Positions 21,618-32,449 of a stretch of DNA of 37,792 nt are shown here, piece after piece. Below the pieces are notes generated by a model, which made no database searches, was not told the origin of the DNA, and saw nothing but the letters and a program-made list of their open reading frames with translations. Location of the stretch: positions 1-37,792 of the forward strand of contig CDMY01000637.1 of assembly GCA_001179505.1 (NCBI GenBank), written 5' to 3'. The DNA is from Vitrella brassicaformis CCMP3155 (taxonomy: Eukaryota; Protista; Chromerida). Made by a program: the position numbers and the translations under genes. How positions within the stretch are numbered: the stretch's first letter is position 1; each line of letters opens with the position of its first letter.

Positions 21618-23048
21618 CTAGACAGCCAGTCGCTCCAGGCGCCTCAGTCGCTCCAGGCGCCTGTGTTTGGGGTCTTCTGTCCGTCGCTCGGTGTCATCTC
21701 TGCGGCTGGTGGCGTAAGCGCGGTCCATCTCCTCCTTCACTCTGAACAAAACAACACAACCACGGACACAAACACGGAGAGAGTGGTGTATGTACGGTCG
21801 CTGCTGTGGGCACACCACACGCACGCACCTGTGTAGAGTGGCGGGTTGTAGTGTCTGGACCTGCTTGACGATCCACCTGGGCACCGTGCCGCAGATGTCC
21901 ACCTTGCCGACCCACGCCACACGCACATCGCCATTGGACAAACGACTGCACTCACAACACAGCAATGATGCCACCAAGGGATGCACCGTGTGTGCATGTC
22001 TGTCGGTCTCGCTCACCGTGCGTCGACGCCTGCGGCGAAGATGTACCCTCTGACAGTGTCCCTCCGCCGCACGAACCGGTCCATCAGACCCTGCATGTCC
22101 ACACCACACAGCACAACACACCACACAGGGGCACAGCACACAGGAGGCAGCTGACCGATCGGCCCTTGCGTTGCCTTGGCGCCTCTCACCGATGCGGGTA
22201 AGGAGGTTGCAACGAGGACACACCTGTCCCCGCTGGAAGAAACGTCCTTGTACGTCAGATGGAAGAAATCCCTGGCTGAGGCACCCCATTGACGCCTGCA
22301 CATACCCACACACACAACACAACACAACACAACACAACACAACAAAACACAACACAACACAACACAAGACAACATGCCCCAATCAGATCAGACAGTCCCC
22401 CACACCGGGTTGTCTGTCCGTCGGTCAGCGCCTTCCTTACTTGAACTTCTGCCAGAAAATCGCCATTCTGTCAGAGTACTCGCGGATGACCTCTCCCCTC
22501 TCAAACATGCTGTCGTAGGACTTCTTGTGGTTGAAGTCATTTACAAAATCGATGATCTCCTGCGGCGAGTACTGCGGGCCGAACGACATGACGCCCTTGA
22601 CCACACACGGCTCGTCCGGGTCGTCAAAGTCCAAACGGCTGATCTGCACCCCGCGCAGTCGGCCCTTGTGCTTCCACTTGGAGGAGCCGTCACTCCACTC
22701 CACTATGGCACTCACCGCGCCCTTGCCCAGCTGCTCGAGCCGTGAGATGTTACGCACAAGATCCGCCGCTGATCGTGATGCCGATGACGCTGATGCAGCA
22801 GCGGGGGTCTCCTTCCGGGCATCTGCTGTGACAGTGTCGGCTGTGGTCTCCCTGGCAGATGTTCTGGCGGCGGTGTGTCTTGATCTGGGTCTTGACAGCG
22901 GGCGCCTTGGTCGTCTGGGTCTGCGTCGTGGTGTGGCGCCGGGGAAGGCCGCCAGTTGGCTGTCGGCATCCGATAAGTAGATGGCATCCACGAGAGCAGC
23001 AAAAGCACAAGACAAAAAGAGAAGAGTGCGAAGCAACGGCGATGCCAT
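21618..23048 (-). CDS. START-domain lipid-transfer protein with N-terminal signal peptide, 342 aa
   Basis: Exons 23048-22441, 22295-22190, 22090-22017, 21945-21829, 21741-21618 (1029 nt). Signal MASPLLRTLLFLSCAFAALVDA. START motifs SYDSMF, WGASARDF, VRGYIF, VDICGTVPRWIVKQV. Confidence 0.85.
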
Positions 23049-23238
23049 CAACTGCAGATGCCGGTCACTGAGGAGCGAGGCGACTCTCTTCGTCCCTCTT
23101 GGTCAGCGCAGATCCGTTGCGAGCTTGGCGAGCTTGAAAAGGCGAAACCTTACCAATGCGCTTGGAAAAGGAAGCAAAACAGCTGTATGACAGACGTGTG
23201 AAGAGATCTGGGCGAGATCTGGTGGGTGAGGCAAGATC

Positions 23239-24487
23239 ATGGCGTTTCCCGTCGTCAAGCTGATGAGTGTGCTCGTCAAGCAAGTGTCAAAACCCATGTG
23301 AGCAACCTGACAACAAACAGCCACGCCACCGATGCATCACTGGGATGAACAATGCTCTCTTGGTTGGTTGGTTTGTGTGGGTGACTGCACTGCACAGGGC
23401 CAAGTACATGCAGCAGCGGGCAGTCAACAACGCCTGGTTCCGCAACGCTTGCATCGCCTTTGCACAGACCTACCACAGGGGCGAGCAGTGGGTGCTCAGG
23501 TACAACCACATCATGGCTGTGACTGAATGGCGATTTATCAACAATGCATTGGGATGATTGTGTGTTCACTTAGGTCATTCTACGACCAGAAGCTGACGGC
23601 GACTTACATCCGGCCTCTCAATGAGGCGAAGGCCATTGAGGTCGGCACCGACATGCTCGGGTGAGTCCGAGGGTGGGTGGGTGGGAAAGATGAGAACAGC
23701 AGACATGCACAGAGAGAGCTCTCATTCTTTGATTCTCTGCCCCTCCCTCAGTGAGATTGTCGTTTTTTCCATTGTCGGTGGTGCTGTGTTGTGGGAGTAC
23801 CGGAGGTCAGCGGCCAAAGAGGCCGACAAGGAGAGGAAACTACAGACCAAACTCGGCAACCTGCAGGTCCGGCCGCCACGGCACTCACATGAAGCACATC
23901 ACAATGATACTTCGTGCAGTGCTTGAGTGGTGCTTTGGGATGTGTTGTGTTGTGTTGTGTTGTGCAGGAGCAGATCAGCGTGCTCCAGAGTGAAAATGAC
24001 CGGCTGATGGGGGCCGTCTTCCCCAACGTCGACCACGTCAGGCCAGAGCTGCCCGTATACAGGCAGAGCAGAAGTGAGGGCAAAGATAGACACATCTGCC
24101 TTTGTTTAAAAACTCACCCGGTTCTTGTTGCCTTCGCACGCAGGCTGGCTCTGGCGGACACTCTTTGGCGATCAGCAACGGACACAGCCAGAGGAGGACT
24201 CAGTCGACACTGATGCATCAGCACCAGCACCGGAGGCCTCTCCACCACCTCCTGCCACAGCCTCTCCACGCAATCCAAGCGTGTCCCCACCAGCACATGC
24301 CACCAGCAGTGCCTCCCCAATCAAGCCGGTGCCGAGCCAGACATCGCGAGTGCCGCCGGGCGGGGCTGCTGGTGGATCGTCCCCTGACCATGGTTTATCG
24401 ACAGAGGAGACAAGCGCCGTTAGAGGTATCAAGTGGGTGGCTGACAGAGGCAAGATCGTCACTTGTGGGTGTCGTTTCGAGTCCTGA
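23239..24487 (+). CDS. OPA3: OPA3 family protein (mitochondrial), about 270 aa
   Basis: Exons 23239-23297, 23398-23499, 23574-23660, 23752-23866, 23968-24073, 24144-24487. MAFPVVKLMSVLVKQVSKPMA, IRPLNEAKAIEVGTDMLGEIVVFSIVGG.VLWEY.RS and the following coiled coil match the OPA3 family. The last exon is low-complexity and less certain. Confidence 0.88.
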
Positions 24488-24959
24488 CTGGGTGATGGAG
24501 TGTCGTTGAGGGAGCGGCCGCAGCCTGAGGTGGCTGCTTGATGAATGAGTGCCGTTTTTTGGGTTTGCTTTTTTTGCCATGGGGCGTGCCATGAATTATG
24601 CGTTCGTGTAGATAGAGAGTAGGAATGGTGCACGTGTTTGCGCATCTTCGGCCGTCAGCGAGCGATGCTGGCAGGGCTTGCGTCTGGTAGAGACATTCGT
24701 TGTATTCTATTGGTAGAGTCCTACATATCTGACTCGATATACTGATGTGTCTGGGCATACACGCATCGACTTGCATGAGGGAAAAAGGCACCCAACCAAC
24801 ACGAGAAAAATGTCCACACCAAAGCCACCCACCCACAGCGTCACCCGCTCACTCAACAAGACAGCAACCAGCCTGAGCCAGAAATCACCACTTGCGCACA
24901 CCACAAAGCAGAAAACGGCTGCATGAAGCATTCCCTTTCATGAAGCATCCCTTTCACGA

Positions 24960-27207
24960 TTACCGCCTTGTCTGTGGGAACATTGCCCTCTCCAGCCCAT
25001 ATCTGGCTAGCAGAGGGCGAGCGGCAGCAGTACCGATGGGGAAATTCAATCCGTCGAAATTCCTGCTGCGTTCTGGTGCCTCATTTGAGTAAAGCTGGAT
25101 GCGGCCATCATGTTGGTCATTTGCCACCTCCAGGTAGGCAGCAATAGTGTCGGCCTGCCCGGTGCCCTTGAGGATGATGATTCGCTGGCGACCGTCATCT
25201 CTCTCGCCGAACGGATACTCATCAAAATAGTCGATAATCTTGAAGCCGTCGATGAGTTCCGTCAGCAGACGCATATACCGGGGGTCGTCACAAGAGAGAC
25301 GACAAACACCCACCAGCTTCCTCTCGACCCTATGTTGACGACACCACTCTGTCAGAGCCATTGCCTTGAGGAATGAAGTGAATGACCGATAGAGAGTGCC
25401 ACCAGAGCGGATGGGCGGATCGGCGGCGCTGTATGTTCGACGATAGGGGTAGACGATCGGCAGCTCCTACGGGCGGACGGGGGTGAAATCGACATTGCAG
25501 ATTCTGTACCGCTGCTGCGGCTCCAAGACGATATCTCCTCCACTATCACTGTCGCTGTCAATGTCCCACTCGTTGTCGCTCTCATCGCTGTCCCAGTCAT
25601 CGCCTCCCACTCCACTGCGCTGTCGCCTCAAACCAACACCAAGACCATCGTCGGGCTGCCCTTCGCCGTCCCCCGCAACCTGCCCGCTGTCCGAAGCCTC
25701 TCTCTCGGCATCCTCTGGGGTGCCCTGCTGCCCCTCTGCTTCGCTCCCAACTGATTTCTCCTCGTCAGATCCCTCCTCATGCTCGGCCGTGCCCTTGTTG
25801 TTGTCATCACTGGTGCTGTCGTCGTCCTCGTCGTCTTCATCCTGAGGCTCCTCTTGCCCGTCCACCCCGTCCTCTGAACCGTCAGGTCCCTCGTGACGCA
25901 GAGCCTGCTGCTGGGCGTACATGAGATCATCATCGTAAATAAAATCGCGGTAGTCAGAGTTCCTGTTCTCGCTGTCATCGAAATCCCTCACTCGCTGCAG
26001 CTGCAGGCTGATCCCTCGGTAGTTGAGCATGTGTCCGAATGTGCTGTAGATGGCCAAACCGAGTGGCATCTGTGGGAAGCCCGTCTTCTGTTGGAAGTCC
26101 CTCTTCCTGGCAAGCTGCTCGGCCATCCAGTCAATCGACAGCCGCAGCGGGAGTGCCTCCGTGAGCTTGTGAATGGCTGCCAGACGAATGAAGTCGGCCA
26201 TCTGCTGCCAAACCTTCCGTCCTTGCTCGAACACATAGGCGCATTTGCTGTAGTACTGAAATGTCGGCCGATGCACGTCGACGAGGCCGGTGAGGTGGTT
26301 GCCGTCGAGGGAGCCGTCGATGCGTCTGAGCATGAAGGCCTCGTTGATGAGTTGTGTGCCGTAGTGGGTGTTCGTTGCCCGCGCCGGGCTAATGGCCACG
26401 TCGACAGGGAGGTAGCCCACGACACCATCGCTATACAAGTCGTCCGGCAGCCGATTGGCCGTCACGTCCACGGCATCATCACCATCAGCAGCAGCTGTGG
26501 TGTCTGGCTGAGATGGGGGATGGGGCGGGTCGGGAAAGATGTGGTGGGTGATGGTGTCTACGGCAGCCGAGAGGGTCGACACGCTCGACTTGACGGATGA
26601 CCACTCATGGGCAATGACGAACGCCTGAAGCCATCATACAGACGACAGACAAGGCGGGATGTGTTGAGCCGCCCCCCTGACTGTGTCTGTGTGACTCACC
26701 TGGTCGTCGGTAATGGACGTCATTATCAACGGGTCGACGTCCGACACCTCAGTGGTCACCTGACACACACACACACACAGAGCAGACAGACCACGGCTGC
26801 ATCCCTCAGTGGGTCGATGTCTGTGTGTCATCCACCTGTTGAATGAGTGAGTGTATGGCCGCCAGCCGACCACACACATCACCCGACCCAACACACACAG
26901 GGGGGGACGCCTGCACAGAGAACGACCAAAGGCACACTCAGTGATACTCAGTGATTCACACAGTGGCGCAATGCATTTGCCTCACCGATGCTGCTTGACT
27001 GTGCCCCTGCTGGTGCTGCTCGTGGTGGTGAGCTGCAGCATCACTCATCCCACTGATGCCTGTGCAAACACATACAATGCACACGGATGTGTCTGTCAGT
27101 CAGGCTGTCAGCTGTGCTTGTGAGGTCTCACCGGCCGCATCAGCGGGATGGCTGTCGGTTTGCTGGCGCTTTGCATCACCTCCAACAGACTCACTGGAGG
27201 AGGACAT
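24960..27207 (-). pseudogene. Lineage-specific family copy B, with in-frame TAG at 25469-25467 and a ~160-aa acidic insertion
   Basis: Exons 27207-27132, 27059-26986, 26759-26700, 26624-24960, phases consistent. The ORFs 25467-26582 and 24960-25361 share one frame. Homology continues across the stop (VRP*ELPIVYPYRRTYSAADPPIR vs VVPLDELPADHPYRSTYTDSDPVIR). Confidence 0.7.
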
Positions 27208-27746
27208 TTCTGACGGAGACATGAATGGTGACACACACGGTGAGAGTCAGCCGAGCATTTGTAGCACATGCAGCCGTTCGTGTGCCTCACCACCGGACGG
27301 TTTTGCTTCAAGGCGATATTGTCACTGCCAAGCGCACACAGATCTCACTGATTCACGAAGACACCACGCAGTCTGCACGCGGCGGTGACGGAAGGGACCG
27401 GGCGCTTCAGCCTTCAGAAAGCACTTCACACACTCCTGCTTCTGGCGCCAAGCTCGCATTCGCGATCGCATTGCAGACATCGTAGATCTTCTCGGCTCGC
27501 TCTGGTTGGGAAGCCTGGCTCCGGGCTCCCTGGGGTGGTTGAGAGGCTCGCTCCAACCGACCACAGGCATCCAGCCGAAAGAAAAAAGGAGCGCGAAAAC
27601 CGAAGTGAGTGGCTCACGGTGAGTTCGAACACGAGAAGCGCCCAGAGGATTGATGCGTCATGACGTGGTGATGTGATGTGTGTTGGCTGTGTGTTTCAGA
27701 CTCTGCTTGGTGCCTCTGCCGTGCACAACCAACTGCTGCCATTGTG

Positions 27747-28885
27747 ATGTGTGACCTGGTGCCTGAGGAGCTCTGGCGTGAGCAGATTCTGCCCTCCCTT
27801 GTCGTCTGTGACGTCATTGCCCTGCGAGCGACCAGCAGTGCCAAGGCGGCTCTGATCACGGGTGGCCTGCTGCTGCAGCGCATCGACACATACCTCGCCC
27901 GCCACGAACTGAGTGGCACTGTTGATGTCAACCGCAACGCCTCTGCTGTTGCTGGCGATATCGATCAGCCTAGTGGCTTTGTTGCCGTCGTCCGTCACTC
28001 ACTGCTGGCATGCGCAAGGCGGCTTACCGGCCGACGGCTGACACACTTCGGCTACTTGGTGCGATGCCTTTATGTGCTGGAGCAGGGCGGCAGTGAGTGG
28101 CGTCTGATGGGCATGGTTGTCCGGCTGGCGGCCATCTATCGGCTGACCCCCAATGGGCTGCCATTGGCGCTGTCGGTAGCTCAGCTGCACAGCAAGTCGG
28201 CCTTTGATTCGGTGCCACTTGCCATGGCCATCTATCGGCTGATCGGACATCAACTGACACTCAGAGGACAGCGCCTGGCGCTGCGGCGGGCCGCCAACGG
28301 AGAGTATCGGATCGGCGATAGGTCGTTTCGTGTGGTGCCGTTCGGCGACCTGCCCGCCGACCATCCCTACCGCAGCACATACAACGAGAGCGACCCCGTC
28401 GTCCGCTGGGGTCGCGATCTATTTCCATCCTTCACGGCATTCCTCACCATGAGGCCTCTGATGTGGTGGTGGCCTTATGAAGCGGGGGTGGTCAGAGTGG
28501 TCTTCAAGGCGGTGCTGTGGGTCCACAAGGACCGTAGCAACCCCGGCTTTCAGAGGCTGCTGACAGCCGGCGACATCCCTGAGCAGCTGGGCTACACGGC
28601 TGACAACCGCTTTGACCGCGGGAACCTCAGTACGGCCGATCCGATTGACCGTCGTTATGTGATTGTGAGCGGCTTTCGGCCCACCGATACCGTCGCAGCC
28701 TTTATGCGGGTGGACAGAGGGGGCTCGGGCTGTGGACGACCGAGTCGCTTGCTGCCGGTGTGTCTGCCTCCCTCGATGAGCGCTTCCCCGTGTCGATGCC
28801 GTTGTGGCGCCGTGTACTGAGGCGATTCAGCTTGGAGGAGGACGTTATCAACAGAGGGAGCGACCCATCTGCTGATGACGGGTGA
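27747..28885 (+). pseudogene. Lineage-specific family copy C with F-box-like N-terminus; single 1-nt frameshift in the G5 run at 28719-28723
   Basis: MCDLVPEELWREQILPSLVVCDVIALRATS at the start. Restoring one G gives GLWTTESLAAGVSASLDERFPVSMPLWRRVLRRFSLEEDVINR, matching the copy A C-terminus. Could be a homopolymer sequencing error instead of a true pseudogene. Confidence 0.7.
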
Positions 28886-29573
28886 GGACATCGATCTGAA
28901 TACGACCGAGTCGGCAACTGCTGATTATCCCGTCTGATAACGCATTGCGCTGCGGCGATTCAACTTCAACCAAGACGCTCTCCCCTCGACGGGGAGAAGG
29001 AGAGCAAGGGATGGTGCCTATAGTGTTGTCTGTCCGTCTGGGTTGCTGGTCTGTGTGACACACATGATTTCAATCATGTTTATGCTCTGCTCCGTCACGT
29101 GTGCGTGTGTGCGCCCGTGTGTGTGTGCGATTCGTCATGGACCCTTGGTGTGACTCTACTTGAAATGGCGGTAAATGTGTTTATCGGCGATAGAGAGAGT
29201 GAGTGAGTGTGTCGACAACCCATCACATCCACTAGGACAGTCACGGAAAACTTCCAGCTGTCTGTCTCCCTCAGCGTGTCTATGACAACTTCACGGCCGG
29301 CCACGCGCACGCAGCCACCCCCCCTGCCCATGATGAGCACTCTAATGAGCAATGATAAGAAGTCAGCAGCTCACGGGTGTACCAATACCCATGTCATGTG
29401 CCCAGCCCAACACAGGCAGCAGCAGCAGACACGACAGTCCCCAGTGAGCGCAGTGAGTGACGACACATGCAGAGCAGACAAATAGTGTGGTGTGGTGTGC
29501 TTGTTTGTTTTCAACCTCATCCATTCCCCATCATCCCATTCCCCCCGCCCCCATCCATCTAACGATCGATCCC

Positions 29574-32120
29574 TCAGGTCCTCAGTGCCTCTTCGAGTGA
29601 GCAACGGATGTACTCGACCTTCCCGTCCGGCCGCGCAATTATCATCAGGTTCCTCTGCTCCTGCACACACACACACACACACATACATAGACAGACATCG
29701 ATCCATCCATCCATCAGGGTGTCAGTCATGTCACTGTGACCGCATCGGCCTACCGCCCGCACCTTGACTGGTTTTCGTTTCTTGTTCGGGTGGTACATGT
29801 GGCAGTAGGGGCACTCGAGGCCGTTCATGCAACCCTTGGGGCTCCAATAAAACATGCACGGCCGACAGCCGCGTGGATGGTCAACGCTGCCCAAGCTGCA
29901 GCAATCAAGAGGCATGGCCCAAGAGAGACACAGAGAGGGGGCCATCCAAGCGTGTCTCACAACAATGTCGTCCTCTCACCTCCTTTCGCCCATTTCCATC
30001 TCGTCAGCGTCGAAATCCCACTCGGGCGGCAGGTTCATCGACACACTCCTCATGCCGCCGCGCATCGCAGGGGGGCCCCACCCCCTCACCAAACCTCCCC
30101 CCCTAGTCGGCTCCCCGACCGCCCCAAACACCCCCCTGCCCACCTGCTGCGGATGCACACGCTCGTCCGAGTCGTGCCACAAGTTGTTGGCCGAGAAGCT
30201 GTGGGCCACCGCCGGGTTTTTGCGGTACACCTCGTCCTGACGGACATGCGGGGCGGACCGGAGAGGGGCCCGGCCGGTCCGCACTCGCTCCTGCGGCACC
30301 GGCAGTATCTGTGGCTGCGTGCGAATCGGCGGCTGCAGGATGATCGGCATAGAATGCTGCTGTTGCTGCTGTGGCGGGGCCACCGATGGCTGCTGCTTCG
30401 GTGCAGCGAGGAGCGAAGAGGAAGCCGGTGGGGCAGTGAGGGGGTTGGGCGGTGCCATAGGGGGCGGCGGGACGATTGGTCCATAGGGAGAGGGGAATAG
30501 CTGACTGGTCTCGGGAATGGGCGGAGCGGGCTGCCTCCAGGGCGTGTAGTTCTCCGCAGTGAGGGCATTCTGCGCCTGTGACCGTCGGGATGGTGGCGAG
30601 GGCCCAGGGCTGGCCTCGACGCTCATCCGCGGCAAGTCGAAGCACTCACGCAGCATCGACGACGTCCCCAGCATCGAAAAGACAGACGATCTCGCACCGC
30701 CAAACTGTCCACTCACCATGCTGTCTTCATCGCGCCACGCGGACGATTCGGTCGCATCAAACCCGTCAGAAGCCACGCAACTCGCTCTCTCGACGCCCTG
30801 CTCGGGCGTGTCGGCGCGCGACCTCCCCTGATACATCGGCTCCATCCCCGGCACCGCCAGAAAGTGGCGGAATGGCGAGTAGTTGGCCGGGGAGGTGGGG
30901 GGGAAGTGGATGGATCTCCGTGGCTGGGCCTGTGTTTCTACTTCGTTGGCGCCTTCTGGCCTGTCAGGTGTGGGCGCGCGGCTTGTGGACGGGGAGGGGG
31001 TTGCTGGGGTGGGTTTGTAGAGCAGAGAGTGGATCTGGCTGGCCCGGCGGTTCTCCATGCGAATCGACGAGAGAGAGGTGTCCTGAACGAGTCATTGCCA
31101 CAGAGACACAAACAGGTGGGTGGTTCTGCATGCTGCGTGTGTCTGTCCGTCCGTCCGTCCGTCCGTCCGTCTGTCCGTCTGTCTGTCTGTCTGTCTGTCT
31201 CACTCCGTCGTTGATCGAGGCACTGCGATATCCCGGGGCCGCCTGGTCGGCCCGAGGGTCGGCCATGTTCATGCTCTTGCTCCGGCTGCGATCCACAAAC
31301 ACACCAATGTCGGCCACCGCACGCTCCACCGACCCATCGTCAAAACTCACGCGCACACGATACCGTGTCTCCTCCCCCACCGGCCCCCCTCTTCCATCCC
31401 CAAGCCCCTCAAAAGGCTCATCAGCCGCCCGCGCCGCTGCATCAACCTCCAGAGGCTGTGAGTTGAACCGCAGAATGGACACCGGGGGGGCCTGGCCAAT
31501 CTCACACAGCGAGCTCGACCGCCGCAGTGAGCCGTCGAGGCCCACACCAGAGAAGCTGTAGGGACCCTGGTGGTTCCGTTTTGGTGGGGTGAACCACTCA
31601 GGAGTTGATTCGTCGTCTGCCCCGGCGTGTGACTGCCCGCTGTTGACGTAGCGGTTGGGGCTGAGGGCCTCGAAGCCGGGCGGCACCGCGGAAGGGCTGT
31701 CGGTCTGATCAGAGAGAGCTCGCCGAGCAGCGCCGGACACGTCACGGGCCACGATGGCACTGCTGTCCTGGAAGGAGATGAAGGTGTTCTTAACTGGGAA
31801 GGGTAATAGAAGAGAAACATACAGTGAGACTGCGAGGCTGTTGCCTCTCTTTGTCTGTGTGTGAATGGCTGCTCACCAAGTCCCTTCTGGACCAGGCTGG
31901 GCGAGAGGTCGCTCACGTCAGACGGGGGAATGTCCAGAATCCCCTCTTGCGGCTGGGGATGGTGGGGGGCGGGAACGGTGGCCTCGCGCTTGGGGAGCCA
32001 CTGACCACAGTGGCCCTCTCCCCTCCCTCTCCCTCTGGCTCGACCGCGCCCTCGGTGGCCCCGATGGTCGAATGTTCTTCTGTTGTGATGCACCCACTGG
32101 CAGGGCCTGCCGTAGAACAT
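29574..32120 (-). CDS. Low-complexity protein with RG-rich N-terminus, VKNTFI motif and C-terminal CCCH (C3H1) zinc finger; probable RNA-binding protein, about 718 aa
   Basis: Exons 32120-31877, 31793-31204, 31082-29980, 29895-29763, 29660-29574 (2157 nt, phases consistent). RGHRGRGRARGRGRG; spliced junction gives GLVKNTFISF; SLGSVDHPRGCRPCMFYWSPKGCMNGLECPYCH. Confidence 0.8.
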
Positions 32121-32449
32121 CCCCGTAACCTCCTCAGTATACGTAAGGAAAAAGATATATATACCCGGGTGCGGGAGAGGACCGACCCACACCTTACGGG
32201 GTGGAGTGCGAGCTGAGGGAAAAAGTCGAAAAAGTCGAGAAAGTCCGTTTCACGACACACGAAACCTCACTCCTCCCTTCTGTCTGCCCCCCTTTTTGTC
32301 TCCCCAGTGGGCCGGCGCCACCTCGCGCCGACACCCCGTCCATCCATCCATCTGTCCATCTGTCCATCTGTCCATCTGGCTCTCCACTCACTCAAGCCAC
32401 GTACACACCCGCTCGAAAGACCGACCCTCTGCGGCCGCCAACTGGCACG

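Noticed and set aside
21416-21662. Short 18-bp tandem duplications (accgatgggtagacaaga x2; cagtcgctccaggcgcct x2) as CRISPR-like repeats
   Set aside because: Adjacent copies with no spacers in a eukaryotic context; ordinary slippage, the second encoding RRLERL twice.
22156-22189. Alternative donor at 22155 for START exon 2
   Set aside because: It gives phase 1 and shifts the next exon out of the VRGYIF frame; the donor at 22189 is consistent.
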